Virus record (IMG/VR): IMGVR_UViG_3300001199_000003
Coordinates: 122,537 to 170,618 of that record
Source of the DNA: a virus
Taxonomy: Duplodnaviria; Heunggongvirae; Uroviricota; Caudoviricetes
Direction: 5' to 3' (one strand)
Length of the DNA stretch: 48,082 bases
The translations under genes were made by a program, and so were the position numbers. Below are positions 35,140-43,445 of the stretch, piece after piece (position 1 is the first letter of the stretch; each line of letters starts with the position of its first letter). The notes under the pieces were generated by a model, which was not told the origin of the DNA, did not search any database, and was given only the letters and a program-made list of their open reading frames with translations.

Positions 35140-35627
35140 TATTTGTTGAGTCCCCATTTTTTGGCAAGCATCTTTCTGTCTTTAGACGATAAAGTCGGAG
35201 ACATTAAATGTGTTTTACCATTCAAATGGTCGATTTCATGCTGAACACAAACTGAGTGGATTCCATTGAACATTTTAATATGTTCCGCACCTGTTTCATC
35301 TTGATAACGTACTTGAACCCATTCCGAACGCTCATCAAGCTGGAGATATTCTCCTGGTGCGCTTAAACATCCTTCTGTCTTTTCAGCTGGAACAAGGCCC
35401 CTAGCTATAATTGTAGGATTGATGAAGTAAATCTTCTCACCAACTACGCCTGTCATAACGAACATACGTAACATGACTCCTACTTGATTTGCAGCTAAAC
35501 CCATTCCCTCGTGAGCTACCATAGTTTCCCACATCTCATCAAGAATGCTTTTAACATTATCGTCAATAATTAGCACCGGATGGCAGACACTTAGAAGTCT
35601 AATATCTGGATACTTAAGGATTTTCAT
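35139..35627 (-). CDS. def: Peptide deformylase
   Basis: All three PDF motifs: GMGLAANQVG, EGCLS, QHEIDHLNG. Confidence 0.95.
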   Translation of the reverse strand: MKILKYPDIRLLSVCHPVLIIDDNVKSILDEMWETMVAHEGMGLAANQVGVMLRMFVMTGVVGEKIYFINPTIIARGLVPAEKTEGCLSAPGEYLQLDERSEWVQVRYQDETGAEHIKMFNGIHSVCVQHEIDHLNGKTHLMSPTLSSKDRKMLAKKWGLNK

Positions 35628-35766
35628 TGGACTCCTGTATTTTCTTAAGACTAGAGCTTACCGATAAAGGATTAGAAATATCGGTAATGCTTCTATAAAC
35701 ATTATAGCCTATTCCTATTAAAATTGAAAACCAAATAATAGCTACGAATGCGATTGATCTAGTCAA
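35614..35766 (-). CDS. Small membrane protein (about 50 aa)
   Basis: Probable TTG start at 35766 with GGAG SD; one TM helix. Confidence 0.45.
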   Translation of the reverse strand: MTRSIAFVAIIWFSILIGIGYNVYRSITDISNPLSVSSSLKKIQESNENP

Positions 35767-36103
35767 ACTTCCACTCCATTTTAATAGATGATTTTTCTTG
35801 TCCAACTTCCACTCTGATCTTATCAGCAAGCCCCATTGTAGGGACGCTGGCTCCGATAGATTTGTCTGAAATAGCTTTGGCCAAAAATAAGCCTCCGCCT
35901 ATTACGTCTACTGGAGTTTTTCCCATAAGTTCTGTAGCTTCTGCTTTAGTTTCTTTTTCTAATTTTTTTTGAGCAGACATAGCCTGTTTTTCAAGGCCAG
36001 ATTGTTTACCTGCGGCTTCGATAGCCTTCTGACAAGCTTCTTTTCCTGGGCTAGACATGCCTACGCACGCACTAACAATTAAGCTTGACAAAACACTAGC
36101 CAT
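35759..36103 (-). CDS. Hypothetical protein (114 aa)
   Basis: Start re-assigned to MASVL (SD AGAGG); overlaps neighbours by a few nt. Confidence 0.6.
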   Translation of the reverse strand: MASVLSSLIVSACVGMSSPGKEACQKAIEAAGKQSGLEKQAMSAQKKLEKETKAEATELMGKTPVDVIGGGLFLAKAISDKSIGASVPTMGLADKIRVEVGQEKSSIKMEWKFD

Positions 36104-36305
36104 CTGAATCCTCTCTATGAGTTGAGTTCCAAAAAGCCTTATCGGCTTCTTCGTTGACTTCTGGTAATGCAAATTCTTTTGATAAAATTTTCTCGGAAAG
36201 ATCCATTAAATGCTTTTGAGTCTTAAGGTTCATAGCTTCAGAAATAGCTTTAAAAGCTTCCTGGCTACTCATTCCGTCTTCCCATTTTTTACAAATATCG
36301 CACAT
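36096..36305 (-). CDS. Hypothetical protein with N-terminal CxxC (69 aa)
   Basis: MCDICKKW; tight operon packing. Confidence 0.6.
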   Translation of the reverse strand: MCDICKKWEDGMSSQEAFKAISEAMNLKTQKHLMDLSEKILSKEFALPEVNEEADKAFWNSTHREDSDG

Positions 36306-36308
36306 TAC

Positions 36309-36605
36309 CTATCCTCTACCATTAAGATCTTTATCAAGTTCCAAAATAGCTTCCATAAAATAATTACTAAGAGCCTTTTCAATTTCCTTTACCAGATCAG
36401 CGTTAACCTGGGCGGCGTGTTCTTTAGCTTCACCCATATACTCCTGACCTTCAGAAAACTTAAGCGCTTTATTTGCTTTCTTAAGATGTTTACTAAGCTC
36501 AAAAGCTGCTGCAGCGCGTGATGCCCATTTCCATGCAGTATCGGTATGAATTTCCGACATAGATTTTCTACTTAATTCTAATTTCGCCATTTCAACGTCT
36601 AGCAT
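36309..36605 (-). CDS. Hypothetical helical protein (98 aa)
   Basis: SD AAGGAG; own sigma70 promoter upstream. Confidence 0.65.
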   Translation of the reverse strand: MLDVEMAKLELSRKSMSEIHTDTAWKWASRAAAAFELSKHLKKANKALKFSEGQEYMGEAKEHAAQVNADLVKEIEKALSNYFMEAILELDKDLNGRG

Positions 36606-36624
36606 TGTAAATCTCCTTGCTTCA

Positions 36625-36653
36625 ATAGTAAATTAATGGGGATATATTGTCAA
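36625..36653 (-). promoter_or_regulatory. Sigma70 promoter TTGACA-17-TACTAT
   Basis: Consensus -35, 17-nt spacer, near-consensus -10. Confidence 0.85.
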
Positions 36654-36656
36654 GAA

Positions 36657-37001
36657 CTAAAGGATCACTTCAAATATTGGTTTCTTGAAGCCTACCATTC
36701 TGGATTTCATGTTGGCGGAACCTTTAGATTTTCCGTCCCAGAATAATATTAACGCATCGCTGTACATAGCCATCTGAAGATTTCTCTTGGGCCCAGCTAG
36801 ACCTTTGAACTTATTCCAGTCAGCTTTAAATTCAGTAAACTTGATTCCATTAGCTTTAGCATATCTTTCGCCACACGAATCGGCACCGCGTGCTCCGCCG
36901 CCAACTATCTCAGTAACTTCAAATCCTGATTTTTCAATTGCTTGTTTTATTTGTTCATCGGTGACTTCGATATCTCTGCCACCTGCTATTACGACTATCA
37001 T
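36657..37001 (-). CDS. SLOG-superfamily (DUF2493/YspA-like) nucleotide-binding protein
   Basis: VVIAGGRD, GGGARGAD, ADW..F...AGPKRN.QM, FWDGKSKGS.NM. Confidence 0.85.
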   Translation of the reverse strand: MIVVIAGGRDIEVTDEQIKQAIEKSGFEVTEIVGGGARGADSCGERYAKANGIKFTEFKADWNKFKGLAGPKRNLQMAMYSDALILFWDGKSKGSANMKSRMVGFKKPIFEVIL

Positions 37002-37237
37002 TCAATTTCTCTTTCGTACTCTGCAAACCAAATAAGAAAGAAGGAGAGAACTGCCATACCGGTTCCGACAGCTACTGTAGCCATATCATCGCCAATAGCA
37101 GTGCGGAGTAGTCCTCCTGCGCTAGCACCTAAGACTACTCCGATAACGCGGGAGAGTGACCCCCAAAAAGATCTCTTAAAAGCTTTTTTATTGACCTTAA
37201 TCTTACTCTTGCTCTTTTGCTCTTCGTGCTCGCTCAT
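36998..37237 (-). CDS. Two-TM glycine-zipper membrane protein (79 aa)
   Basis: GVVLGASAGG and VAVGTGMAVLSFFLIW hydrophobic segments; start re-assigned to MSEHE. Confidence 0.5.
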   Translation of the reverse strand: MSEHEEQKSKSKIKVNKKAFKRSFWGSLSRVIGVVLGASAGGLLRTAIGDDMATVAVGTGMAVLSFFLIWFAEYEREIE

Positions 37238-37751
37238 TGAAATATTCCTCATCCACGTATGGCTCACAAAGAATGCGATTACATTTAGTACAGAGTAATC
37301 CGCCCATTTTCATAATCATGTCTTTGTAATTATTTACTTTACCGCAGCCTGTGCATTTTTTAGGTTCTGGTCTCGGAGTTGGCCATTTTACTAATTTGTA
37401 AATCCCACCTTCAGTCTCGAAAGTAGTAGAGTTTTCATCTTGAGCCGTAACTGCAACAATTGGGCTTGTGCGAAGAAAGCTAAAACCACGACCAGTGATG
37501 AAGGCTCCTAGTTGCTCTGGCATAGTTTCAGTAGCTTCATAAACGTGAAAACTAAAATCTCCAGTTTCAGATTGGCCAACACCAACTTGCGAAGATCGTT
37601 TAGAGCCAATCTTAGTCATCTTAAACTCTTGATTTTCAAGATTCTCGAAACGCTTAAGAGCAGAAAGATCTAGTTCAGACTCAACCTTGCTGGGCTCACT
37701 CTTCGTGCTCTCTCTCACCTTGAGCTTCAATTGATTCTTTTTCTTTGTCAC
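37203..37751 (-). CDS. Hypothetical protein with C-terminal Zn ribbon
   Basis: CTGCG...CTKCN; GTG start. Confidence 0.6.
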   Translation of the reverse strand: MTKKKNQLKLKVRESTKSEPSKVESELDLSALKRFENLENQEFKMTKIGSKRSSQVGVGQSETGDFSFHVYEATETMPEQLGAFITGRGFSFLRTSPIVAVTAQDENSTTFETEGGIYKLVKWPTPRPEPKKCTGCGKVNNYKDMIMKMGGLLCTKCNRILCEPYVDEEYFNERARRAKEQE

Positions 37752-38223
37752 GTTTTACCTCATCTTTGAAAAAATTAACAATTCGCTCCCAGCCTTCTCT
37801 GTTACTTGTCTGAGTATGCGTACCTGGATTGTACATGAAATGAACAAACTTTCCACCATTAGCTTCAAATTTATCTTTCCATTTTGTCTGATTGTCGTCA
37901 ATAAGATAATCCCCAATAAACTGGCCCTTATTCTGGGTCAGGTTTATTTTGCAGATAAGTTCTGGGAAATGCACACCAATCCATTGAACTTTTTCGGTAT
38001 AAGAGCAAGGAGAATCAGCTACTGGCTGAGATAAAATCTGAACATCATACCCTAATGCAATCAATTGACGCACAGCTACAAGAGATCCCTCGATAGGTTT
38101 TAGATTAAAGAAAAATCCTGGCTCGTACATGCGAATATAATCAAACGTACCATTGACAGTAGCAGCCTTTATAAAGTCTGCTATCGTATCGTCCATATCA
38201 ATGTAGATGATTTTTTGCCTCAT
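37696..38223 (-). CDS. 5'(3')-deoxyribonucleotidase (NT5C, HAD superfamily)
   Basis: IYIDMDDTIADF (DxD), EKVQWI..HFP, GDYLIDDN. Confidence 0.88.
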   Translation of the reverse strand: MRQKIIYIDMDDTIADFIKAATVNGTFDYIRMYEPGFFFNLKPIEGSLVAVRQLIALGYDVQILSQPVADSPCSYTEKVQWIGVHFPELICKINLTQNKGQFIGDYLIDDNQTKWKDKFEANGGKFVHFMYNPGTHTQTSNREGWERIVNFFKDEVKRDKEKESIEAQGEREHEE

Positions 38224-38259
38224 ACAGGTAAGATATCATAACCCTACCTGCAGTGTCAA
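38224..38259 (-). promoter_or_regulatory. Sigma70 promoter TTGACA-18-TATCTT (extended -10) producing a leaderless mRNA
   Basis: CTTGACACTGCAGGTAGGGTTATGATATCTTACCTGT-ATG; ATG begins 7 nt after the -10 hexamer; no SD. Confidence 0.7.
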
Positions 38260-38261
38260 GA

Positions 38262-39986
38262 TTAACCTTCGCAGGCTTTACAGGTATCGTCTTTATCGGC
38301 AGAAATGCCCGCTTGCGTCCTGACATAGTACAAGGACTTAAGCCTCGTCTGCTGAAAGGCGTGCTTATGGACCTCATGAATCCACGCTTCGTCTTCGTTT
38401 GCATCAAAGAATAGGTTCAGAGATTGACCTTGGTCGATCCACTGCTGACGCTGTTCGGCCAAATCAATGATTAGCTTTTGGTTTATCTCGTAGGCAGTCT
38501 TGAATACGTTTTTCTCGTGATCGCTGAGGATTTTACTGTCCAGATGCTGGACAGATCCCTTGTTATACGAGATAGATTCCATGATTTCTTCAGTATCGTA
38601 CCCACGCTCACGTAAAATTTTGAGAAGTTCTGGGTTAATACGCTCTACGGACCCAACTTTTGCCAGTTTTTGCTGGAAAATATTGGCTACCATGAACTGA
38701 ACACCTTCAGATTTGGCTCCAGCCATGAAAGCTGACGAAGTATTCGGCGCAATCGCAATCAAATGACTGTTTCTTTTGCCTGTTCCTACCATCCACTCAG
38801 GCTCACCTAGCCATTCAGCCAAAAAGCGAGATGCTCTGTTTGCTTCATCGTGGAGATGTTTGAAGATTTTAGCGTTTACCATACGTGCATCGAAGCTATC
38901 TGCGGCAATTGACTTCGATTGAAGGTAAGAATGGAACCCTAAGAGGCCTAGTCCGAGTGCGCGAGACTTCTTAGCTGAGCGAACTACGCGCTCAAGGCCT
39001 TTAAGCTTGCTTCCACGAACGATTAAATCCTCATTTACACAGTCAAGGAACACTGTAGACTCAAAAACAGCTTCAGTTTCAGAGAATTCATCGAAAAGAT
39101 AGCCATTCATTGAGCTTAAAACACAAGAAAGCGTATGTTCTGAGTCAGTATGTTGGAAAATCTCTGTACAGAGATTACTTTGCTTAGTAGAAAGGCCGAA
39201 TTTTTTGTAAACTTCTGGATCTTGACGACGAGCGTTGTCAATGAAGATAATATACGGCTTTCCTTTACGCGCTCTCCAAGTAAGGATGGTCAAGTAACGC
39301 TTCATAGCCTCTTCGTCACCGCGCTCAAGAGCTTCCTTAACTGAATCATCGCAGATAACACCTAAATGGAGCTTATCTAGCTTTTCCATCATCGGCAGAA
39401 TCTCTAAAAGATCTTTTTGCCAAAAATCTAGGTAGAGAGCTGTAGATCCGCGACGTAATCCGGCTTGAGAAACTTTATTTTGGGATTCCCAGTATTTAGT
39501 AATCCAATCGCTTGTAGGATTTGTATGGCCTCCGCCTTTGATTGGTTCGTATCCACCGCGAATATCTAAAAATGCAGCTGTACCGAAACCAGCTTTAGAT
39601 AGCATTTCCATTTCATGGCCAGTATATGAGATATCCCACATCGTGTCGCCAACATAAGAGGCAGAACATGACACGGCAAGGCCGCGCTCAGTCCCTAGGT
39701 TCCCCATTACAGGCGTTGAACCGGCTAAATATCCTCTCCAGAACAGTTGAAAGAATTTCTCTTCCCAAACGGCTGGATCTTTCATTGCGTCATACGGCTC
39801 ATTTGCCGGTAGAGCTGGAAGATACTGAGCAGCTGCTTTCGCAATCACCCGATAACGCTCACGAGGAGTTTTACCTTGAAGGTAATCCTCTCTGAGCATT
39901 GCGTAGCTCATCCAATTCATCCATTGCGGGGCTTCGTTACGAGATTTGAGTTCTTCCAATTCAGCTTTAACTATTTCTTTACTCAT
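38262..39986 (-). CDS. nrdA: Class I ribonucleotide reductase alpha subunit (short, no ATP cone)
   Basis: AVSCSAS, QSNLCTEI (N-x-C-x-E), LSCVLSS, IAPNTSS, SLYYVR, C-terminal CKACEG. Confidence 0.95.
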   Translation of the reverse strand: MSKEIVKAELEELKSRNEAPQWMNWMSYAMLREDYLQGKTPRERYRVIAKAAAQYLPALPANEPYDAMKDPAVWEEKFFQLFWRGYLAGSTPVMGNLGTERGLAVSCSASYVGDTMWDISYTGHEMEMLSKAGFGTAAFLDIRGGYEPIKGGGHTNPTSDWITKYWESQNKVSQAGLRRGSTALYLDFWQKDLLEILPMMEKLDKLHLGVICDDSVKEALERGDEEAMKRYLTILTWRARKGKPYIIFIDNARRQDPEVYKKFGLSTKQSNLCTEIFQHTDSEHTLSCVLSSMNGYLFDEFSETEAVFESTVFLDCVNEDLIVRGSKLKGLERVVRSAKKSRALGLGLLGFHSYLQSKSIAADSFDARMVNAKIFKHLHDEANRASRFLAEWLGEPEWMVGTGKRNSHLIAIAPNTSSAFMAGAKSEGVQFMVANIFQQKLAKVGSVERINPELLKILRERGYDTEEIMESISYNKGSVQHLDSKILSDHEKNVFKTAYEINQKLIIDLAEQRQQWIDQGQSLNLFFDANEDEAWIHEVHKHAFQQTRLKSLYYVRTQAGISADKDDTCKACEG

Positions 39987-39989
39987 GTC

Positions 39990-40961
39990 CTACCAGTTCT
40001 TAATTTTGTTGAAATTCCAGTTGTTATTATAGGCAGTTGGGTTTCTGTCAAAGAAGTCTGTGACTTCAATTTGATTGATCTTTTTATAAAACCATTTGCC
40101 TACCGGATTATATGTCACATCGTAGATCGGGTCGATCTTAATATCGCGAAGTTTCTTATTTACACGGGACTGAACAAAGTTCTTGAGTTGAGTATCTGTA
40201 ATACCTTCGATTTTACCTTTGGCGAAAATATTATCAATGATAACAGATTCAGATTCAAAACATTCTTGAGCAATCTTTATAATTTCTTTAGATAATTCTT
40301 CTCTGTCTAGCCCACATTCGTCTACAAACGTATTGAATAACCACGAGTCGGCATCGGCATGTAGAGCTTCGTCTCTCACTGAATAAGATAATCCAGTGAA
40401 GACGTTTTTAAGTAAATTTTTTGGTGGATTCTGAAAGCTCATAAGGAAAGCGAATGAGCTGTAAAGGACTACGCCTTCAATAAAAGAAAATGTGGCCAAA
40501 CTAATCGCAATATCTTTGGCGGATTCTTTTTTACCACGAGCGAGCTGCTTACCAATAAAATCCATACGTTTCTTCATGTCTGGCTCGTCCATAAATGAAA
40601 GGTAGAATTCTTTAGTAGAAAGGCCGAGCTTTTCATTTAACTTATCGTAGAACAGTGCGTGCTCTGTCTCCATAGCAGCAAAGACGGAAGCCATAGCTCT
40701 AATTTCATGTTTTGGAAAATGACGATAAACAACGTCGATCCAGTAATCACCAACTTTTGTTTCGTAAGCTGTGAATAATTTTAGAACAGTGTGAATTCCA
40801 TGCTTTTCTGATTCAGTAAACTGAGTGTTGTACTGCATTAGATCTGAGTCAACTTCTATCTGCGAGTGGGTCCAGTGGTGATCGCTTTGTGCTTTTGCAA
40901 ACTTAAAGGCTTTATCATATTCAAAAGGTCGGAAATTAATCCTAACGTCGCGTAAGCTCAT
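39990..40961 (-). CDS. nrdB: Class I ribonucleotide reductase beta subunit
   Basis: Ligands E67, E98, H101, E162, E198, H201; radical Tyr105 (ETEHALFY); C-terminal DFF...TAY. Confidence 0.95.
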   Translation of the reverse strand: MSLRDVRINFRPFEYDKAFKFAKAQSDHHWTHSQIEVDSDLMQYNTQFTESEKHGIHTVLKLFTAYETKVGDYWIDVVYRHFPKHEIRAMASVFAAMETEHALFYDKLNEKLGLSTKEFYLSFMDEPDMKKRMDFIGKQLARGKKESAKDIAISLATFSFIEGVVLYSSFAFLMSFQNPPKNLLKNVFTGLSYSVRDEALHADADSWLFNTFVDECGLDREELSKEIIKIAQECFESESVIIDNIFAKGKIEGITDTQLKNFVQSRVNKKLRDIKIDPIYDVTYNPVGKWFYKKINQIEVTDFFDRNPTAYNNNWNFNKIKNW

Positions 40962-40988
40962 GTCTCTCCTGCTGTACTTGTTACACTG

Positions 40989-40997
40989 ATTATATCA
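40989..40997 (-). promoter_or_regulatory. Extended -10 promoter TGATATAAT upstream of nrdB
   Basis: Perfect TGnTATAAT; SD CAGGAG downstream before ATG 40961. Confidence 0.65.
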
Positions 40998-41204
40998 TTC
41001 TTCGTCTTCAGGACCGTAATAAAAGATGGGATTTCCACCATCTAAATATTCTTCTTGAGCGTCAGGGCGATGTGTCATTAAGTGGCCGTAAATAACTGAT
41101 AAAAGATCGCCCCATTGGAAGCCGTGATCATCTATCAGTTCATCTAAGATTGTCTCTAGGTCGAGAAATATTTCTCCTGCAGGACGTATTTTTTTCTTAC
41201 GCAT
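40995..41204 (-). CDS. Hypothetical acidic protein (69 aa)
   Basis: SD GGAG; coupled to the phosphoesterase gene. Confidence 0.65.
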   Translation of the reverse strand: MRKKKIRPAGEIFLDLETILDELIDDHGFQWGDLLSVIYGHLMTHRPDAQEEYLDGGNPIFYYGPEDEE

Positions 41205-41814
41205 TTTCAGACTCCGCGACGATAAGCGTCACAATTTCATCTAAAGAAACTGGCTTAAAATCCCACACATCAACGCCCACATTAATCATGAGAGTTCCAT
41301 TTGGAGATCTGCGAGTTTTCCATTTTTCATGCACATGGCCACAGAGCAGAATTCTGCCATCATCTTTCATTCGCCATTTTTCGTACTTATCGTGGCTTTC
41401 ATAAAGCTCATAAGGTCCAGCATAAGGATGATGACATAAATTAAAAGTGCCTACTCCTGGAATATCTAATACAAATTGCTCAGGAAGAACTTCAAACCCA
41501 TATTCCTGATATTTTTCAATCCATTTTTCGTGGTTTTCTTTATTTCTACTTCTCTTGTGGTAAGAATGTAGAAAATCATGATTTCCAGGTATAAGTTTTT
41601 TAATTCCCATCAATCTTGGAGCATATAGTTCGACAGCTCTAAAGGCTAAAGAAAAATCGCCTAGCCGATACACAGTATCTTCCGGCGTTACGATCATATT
41701 ATGATTTATAATAATAGCTTCGTTCATTTCTTTAACGTCTTTGAATGGCCTGCCACAATACTTGATGACGTTTTCGTGCCAATAATGTTCGTCGCTTGTG
41801 AAATAAGTAGCCAT
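41197..41814 (-). CDS. Calcineurin-like metallophosphoesterase
   Basis: FTSDEHYWH, RLGDFS, PGNHD, CHHP, CGHVH; start re-assigned to MATY (TAATG). Confidence 0.9.
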   Translation of the reverse strand: MATYFTSDEHYWHENVIKYCGRPFKDVKEMNEAIIINHNMIVTPEDTVYRLGDFSLAFRAVELYAPRLMGIKKLIPGNHDFLHSYHKRSRNKENHEKWIEKYQEYGFEVLPEQFVLDIPGVGTFNLCHHPYAGPYELYESHDKYEKWRMKDDGRILLCGHVHEKWKTRRSPNGTLMINVGVDVWDFKPVSLDEIVTLIVAESENA

Positions 41815-42332
41815 TAGCACTGATCTCCTTCACCTAGAATTCTTAGAGCCCACAACATATCACCATATTGAAAACCGTGCATTGAAGAAGTGTTTACGAA
41901 ATTCTTCTTTTGAGTTTCTAACATATCTCTGTCATCATCTATAATAACATAATGCGTAACCTCTGGATGATTATCTAACCAATCTTGAATCTCCGCTCCA
42001 CGAACTTGTCCGTGAAATCTAGGAGTAGTATCTATGACCGCGTTGGACAAAGCTTTGGCTGGCGCTAATATCTTTTTTAGAGCTTCAACATCTTTTCCAT
42101 TTCTCCAACTAGAAGATATTACAACTTTTATATCTGGAACTCTGCGAACCAACTCTTCTACGTTAGACATAGCAATAGGGCAAAACTCAAGAGCAAGATA
42201 TTCGTAAAGAGTTCCTTTCCACTGATCGTAGAGTTCATTTTCCCATTTTTCTCTATCGCGTTTACTGCTCCAGAAAGCGTGGGATTGAGTAGAATTCAGC
42301 ACTCCATCAAAATCAAGAAATACGACCTTCAT
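41814..42332 (-). CDS. HAD phosphatase, Swiss-Army-Knife RNA-repair-like type (HAD_SAK_2)
   Basis: KVVFLDFDGVLNS, VVISSSWR, RG.EIQ.WL..H, YVIIDDD.DM; start re-assigned to MKVV. Confidence 0.82.
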   Translation of the reverse strand: MKVVFLDFDGVLNSTQSHAFWSSKRDREKWENELYDQWKGTLYEYLALEFCPIAMSNVEELVRRVPDIKVVISSSWRNGKDVEALKKILAPAKALSNAVIDTTPRFHGQVRGAEIQDWLDNHPEVTHYVIIDDDRDMLETQKKNFVNTSSMHGFQYGDMLWALRILGEGDQC

Positions 42333-42537
42333 AAAACCTCTTCTGAATAATAGCAAACATTAAGGACACCAGTAAAGATGGAAAAAATGAGTAAATAAAA
42401 AGAATAATATAAAAGAAACCAATTGCGACTGGAGTACCAGACGTAGTGAATTGTCCCCATTGGTTTCCTAAGCTTAGACTAATTAGAAACATAGTGAACT
42501 GGATCATTAGAAAGTTCAATAGAGTTTTTTTAAACAT
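42313..42537 (-). CDS. Small two-TM membrane protein (74 aa)
   Basis: Two hydrophobic segments; SD GGAGG inside the HNH 3' end. Confidence 0.6.
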   Translation of the reverse strand: MFKKTLLNFLMIQFTMFLISLSLGNQWGQFTTSGTPVAIGFFYIILFIYSFFPSLLVSLMFAIIQKRFYEGRIS

Positions 42538-43412
42538 AATTCCTCCTGAGATTGGTCCTTATCAGTATCTCCTACTGGATCAGTATCTCCTACTGGATCA
42601 GAATTGTCAACTTTAAAATTGAAGGTCCAACCTTTATGTTTCTTTCTTCCTTGCTTTGCGTTAAGAACGCGACTAATATTGGAACCCTGTAAATTCAATT
42701 TTTTAGCCGCATCTGCTATAGATTCAAAACTCAATTCTTCTTTAGTTACAATATTAATCGCAATTACTGGTACTGCAATTAATAGTTTAGATTTTTGACG
42801 TGCTGCAATACGAGCAGGAGTACTTACTCCTTTTCTTACTTTAGATAGAGCATCACAGTGATCTTTAGAAAATTTAACACCTTTTAACGGATGTCCTAAT
42901 TTTTCCCATCTTTCTTTGTTGTCTTTTTTGGTCTTTTCTTTATGACATAACTCGCAGAGCGCCTGGACGTTTTCTAAGCCAAGAGATTGACCTCCAAACA
43001 CTATCGGAATAACATGATCAACCTCTGGAGACCTACCGATATCGCAAAAATGTTTTAAGTTCTTCATTAGCCAAAAATATTTATCTTTCTTATAAGACCT
43101 ACTGCGCTTTCTTAGTTTACTATCTTCCACTTTCTTCAAAGCTGGAGCATAATCGTAAGAACAGTAGCCACATTTCCAATCCTGTCTCACAAGAAGACTG
43201 TAAAGACCATGTTCTTTTTGTGGCCTTGCCCAGACTAAAACAGAGAAGGTGCATTCAGATGAACACCATTTTTGGCGATTGCCTTTTAGGGCAGAAAGAC
43301 ACCAAACGCAAGTTCTTGAAATATTACGCTTAAGATCAAGCAAGCGATAATATCTTCCCCTAAAAGTCTTAGTTAATTCAAGTATTTGTGGATTTTTAGA
43401 CATATTAAACAT
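42516..43412 (-). CDS. HNH endonuclease with Zn ribbons and C-terminal NUMOD3/NUMOD1-like DNA-binding modules
   Basis: CVWC..CSSEC, CGYC, EVDHVIPI.FGG..LGLENVQALCELCH..KT; KFSKDH...LSK (NUMOD3-like); FESIADAAKKLNL..SNISRVLN (NUMOD1-like). Upstream TGATATAAT-5nt-ATG with no SD. Confidence 0.85.
   Translation of the reverse strand: MFNMSKNPQILELTKTFRGRYYRLLDLKRNISRTCVWCLSALKGNRQKWCSSECTFSVLVWARPQKEHGLYSLLVRQDWKCGYCSYDYAPALKKVEDSKLRKRSRSYKKDKYFWLMKNLKHFCDIGRSPEVDHVIPIVFGGQSLGLENVQALCELCHKEKTKKDNKERWEKLGHPLKGVKFSKDHCDALSKVRKGVSTPARIAARQKSKLLIAVPVIAINIVTKEELSFESIADAAKKLNLQGSNISRVLNAKQGRKKHKGWTFNFKVDNSDPVGDTDPVGDTDKDQSQEELCLKKLY
42561..42601. repeat. 18-bp tandem direct repeat (2.3 copies of ATCAGTATCTCCTACTGG) encoding DPVGDT-DPVGDT
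   Basis: Units at 42561-42578 and 42579-42596, partial unit at 42597-42601. Confidence 0.9.
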
Positions 43413-43445
43413 ACTACATTATATCACGGAGTTAATCTTATATCC

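Noticed and set aside
36998-37237. Holin assignment for small 2-TM proteins (also 42313-42537)
   Set aside because: They lie in early/middle operons far from the SLT gene and lack diagnostic features; topology alone is not enough.
39876-40295. 139-aa plus-strand ORF overlapping the nrdA/nrdB junction
   Set aside because: Antisense shadow of two conserved genes with no recognisable features.
34158-40961. Introns or inteins in thyX, nrdA, nrdB
   Set aside because: All three ORFs are continuous, of normal or short length, with motifs at expected spacing.
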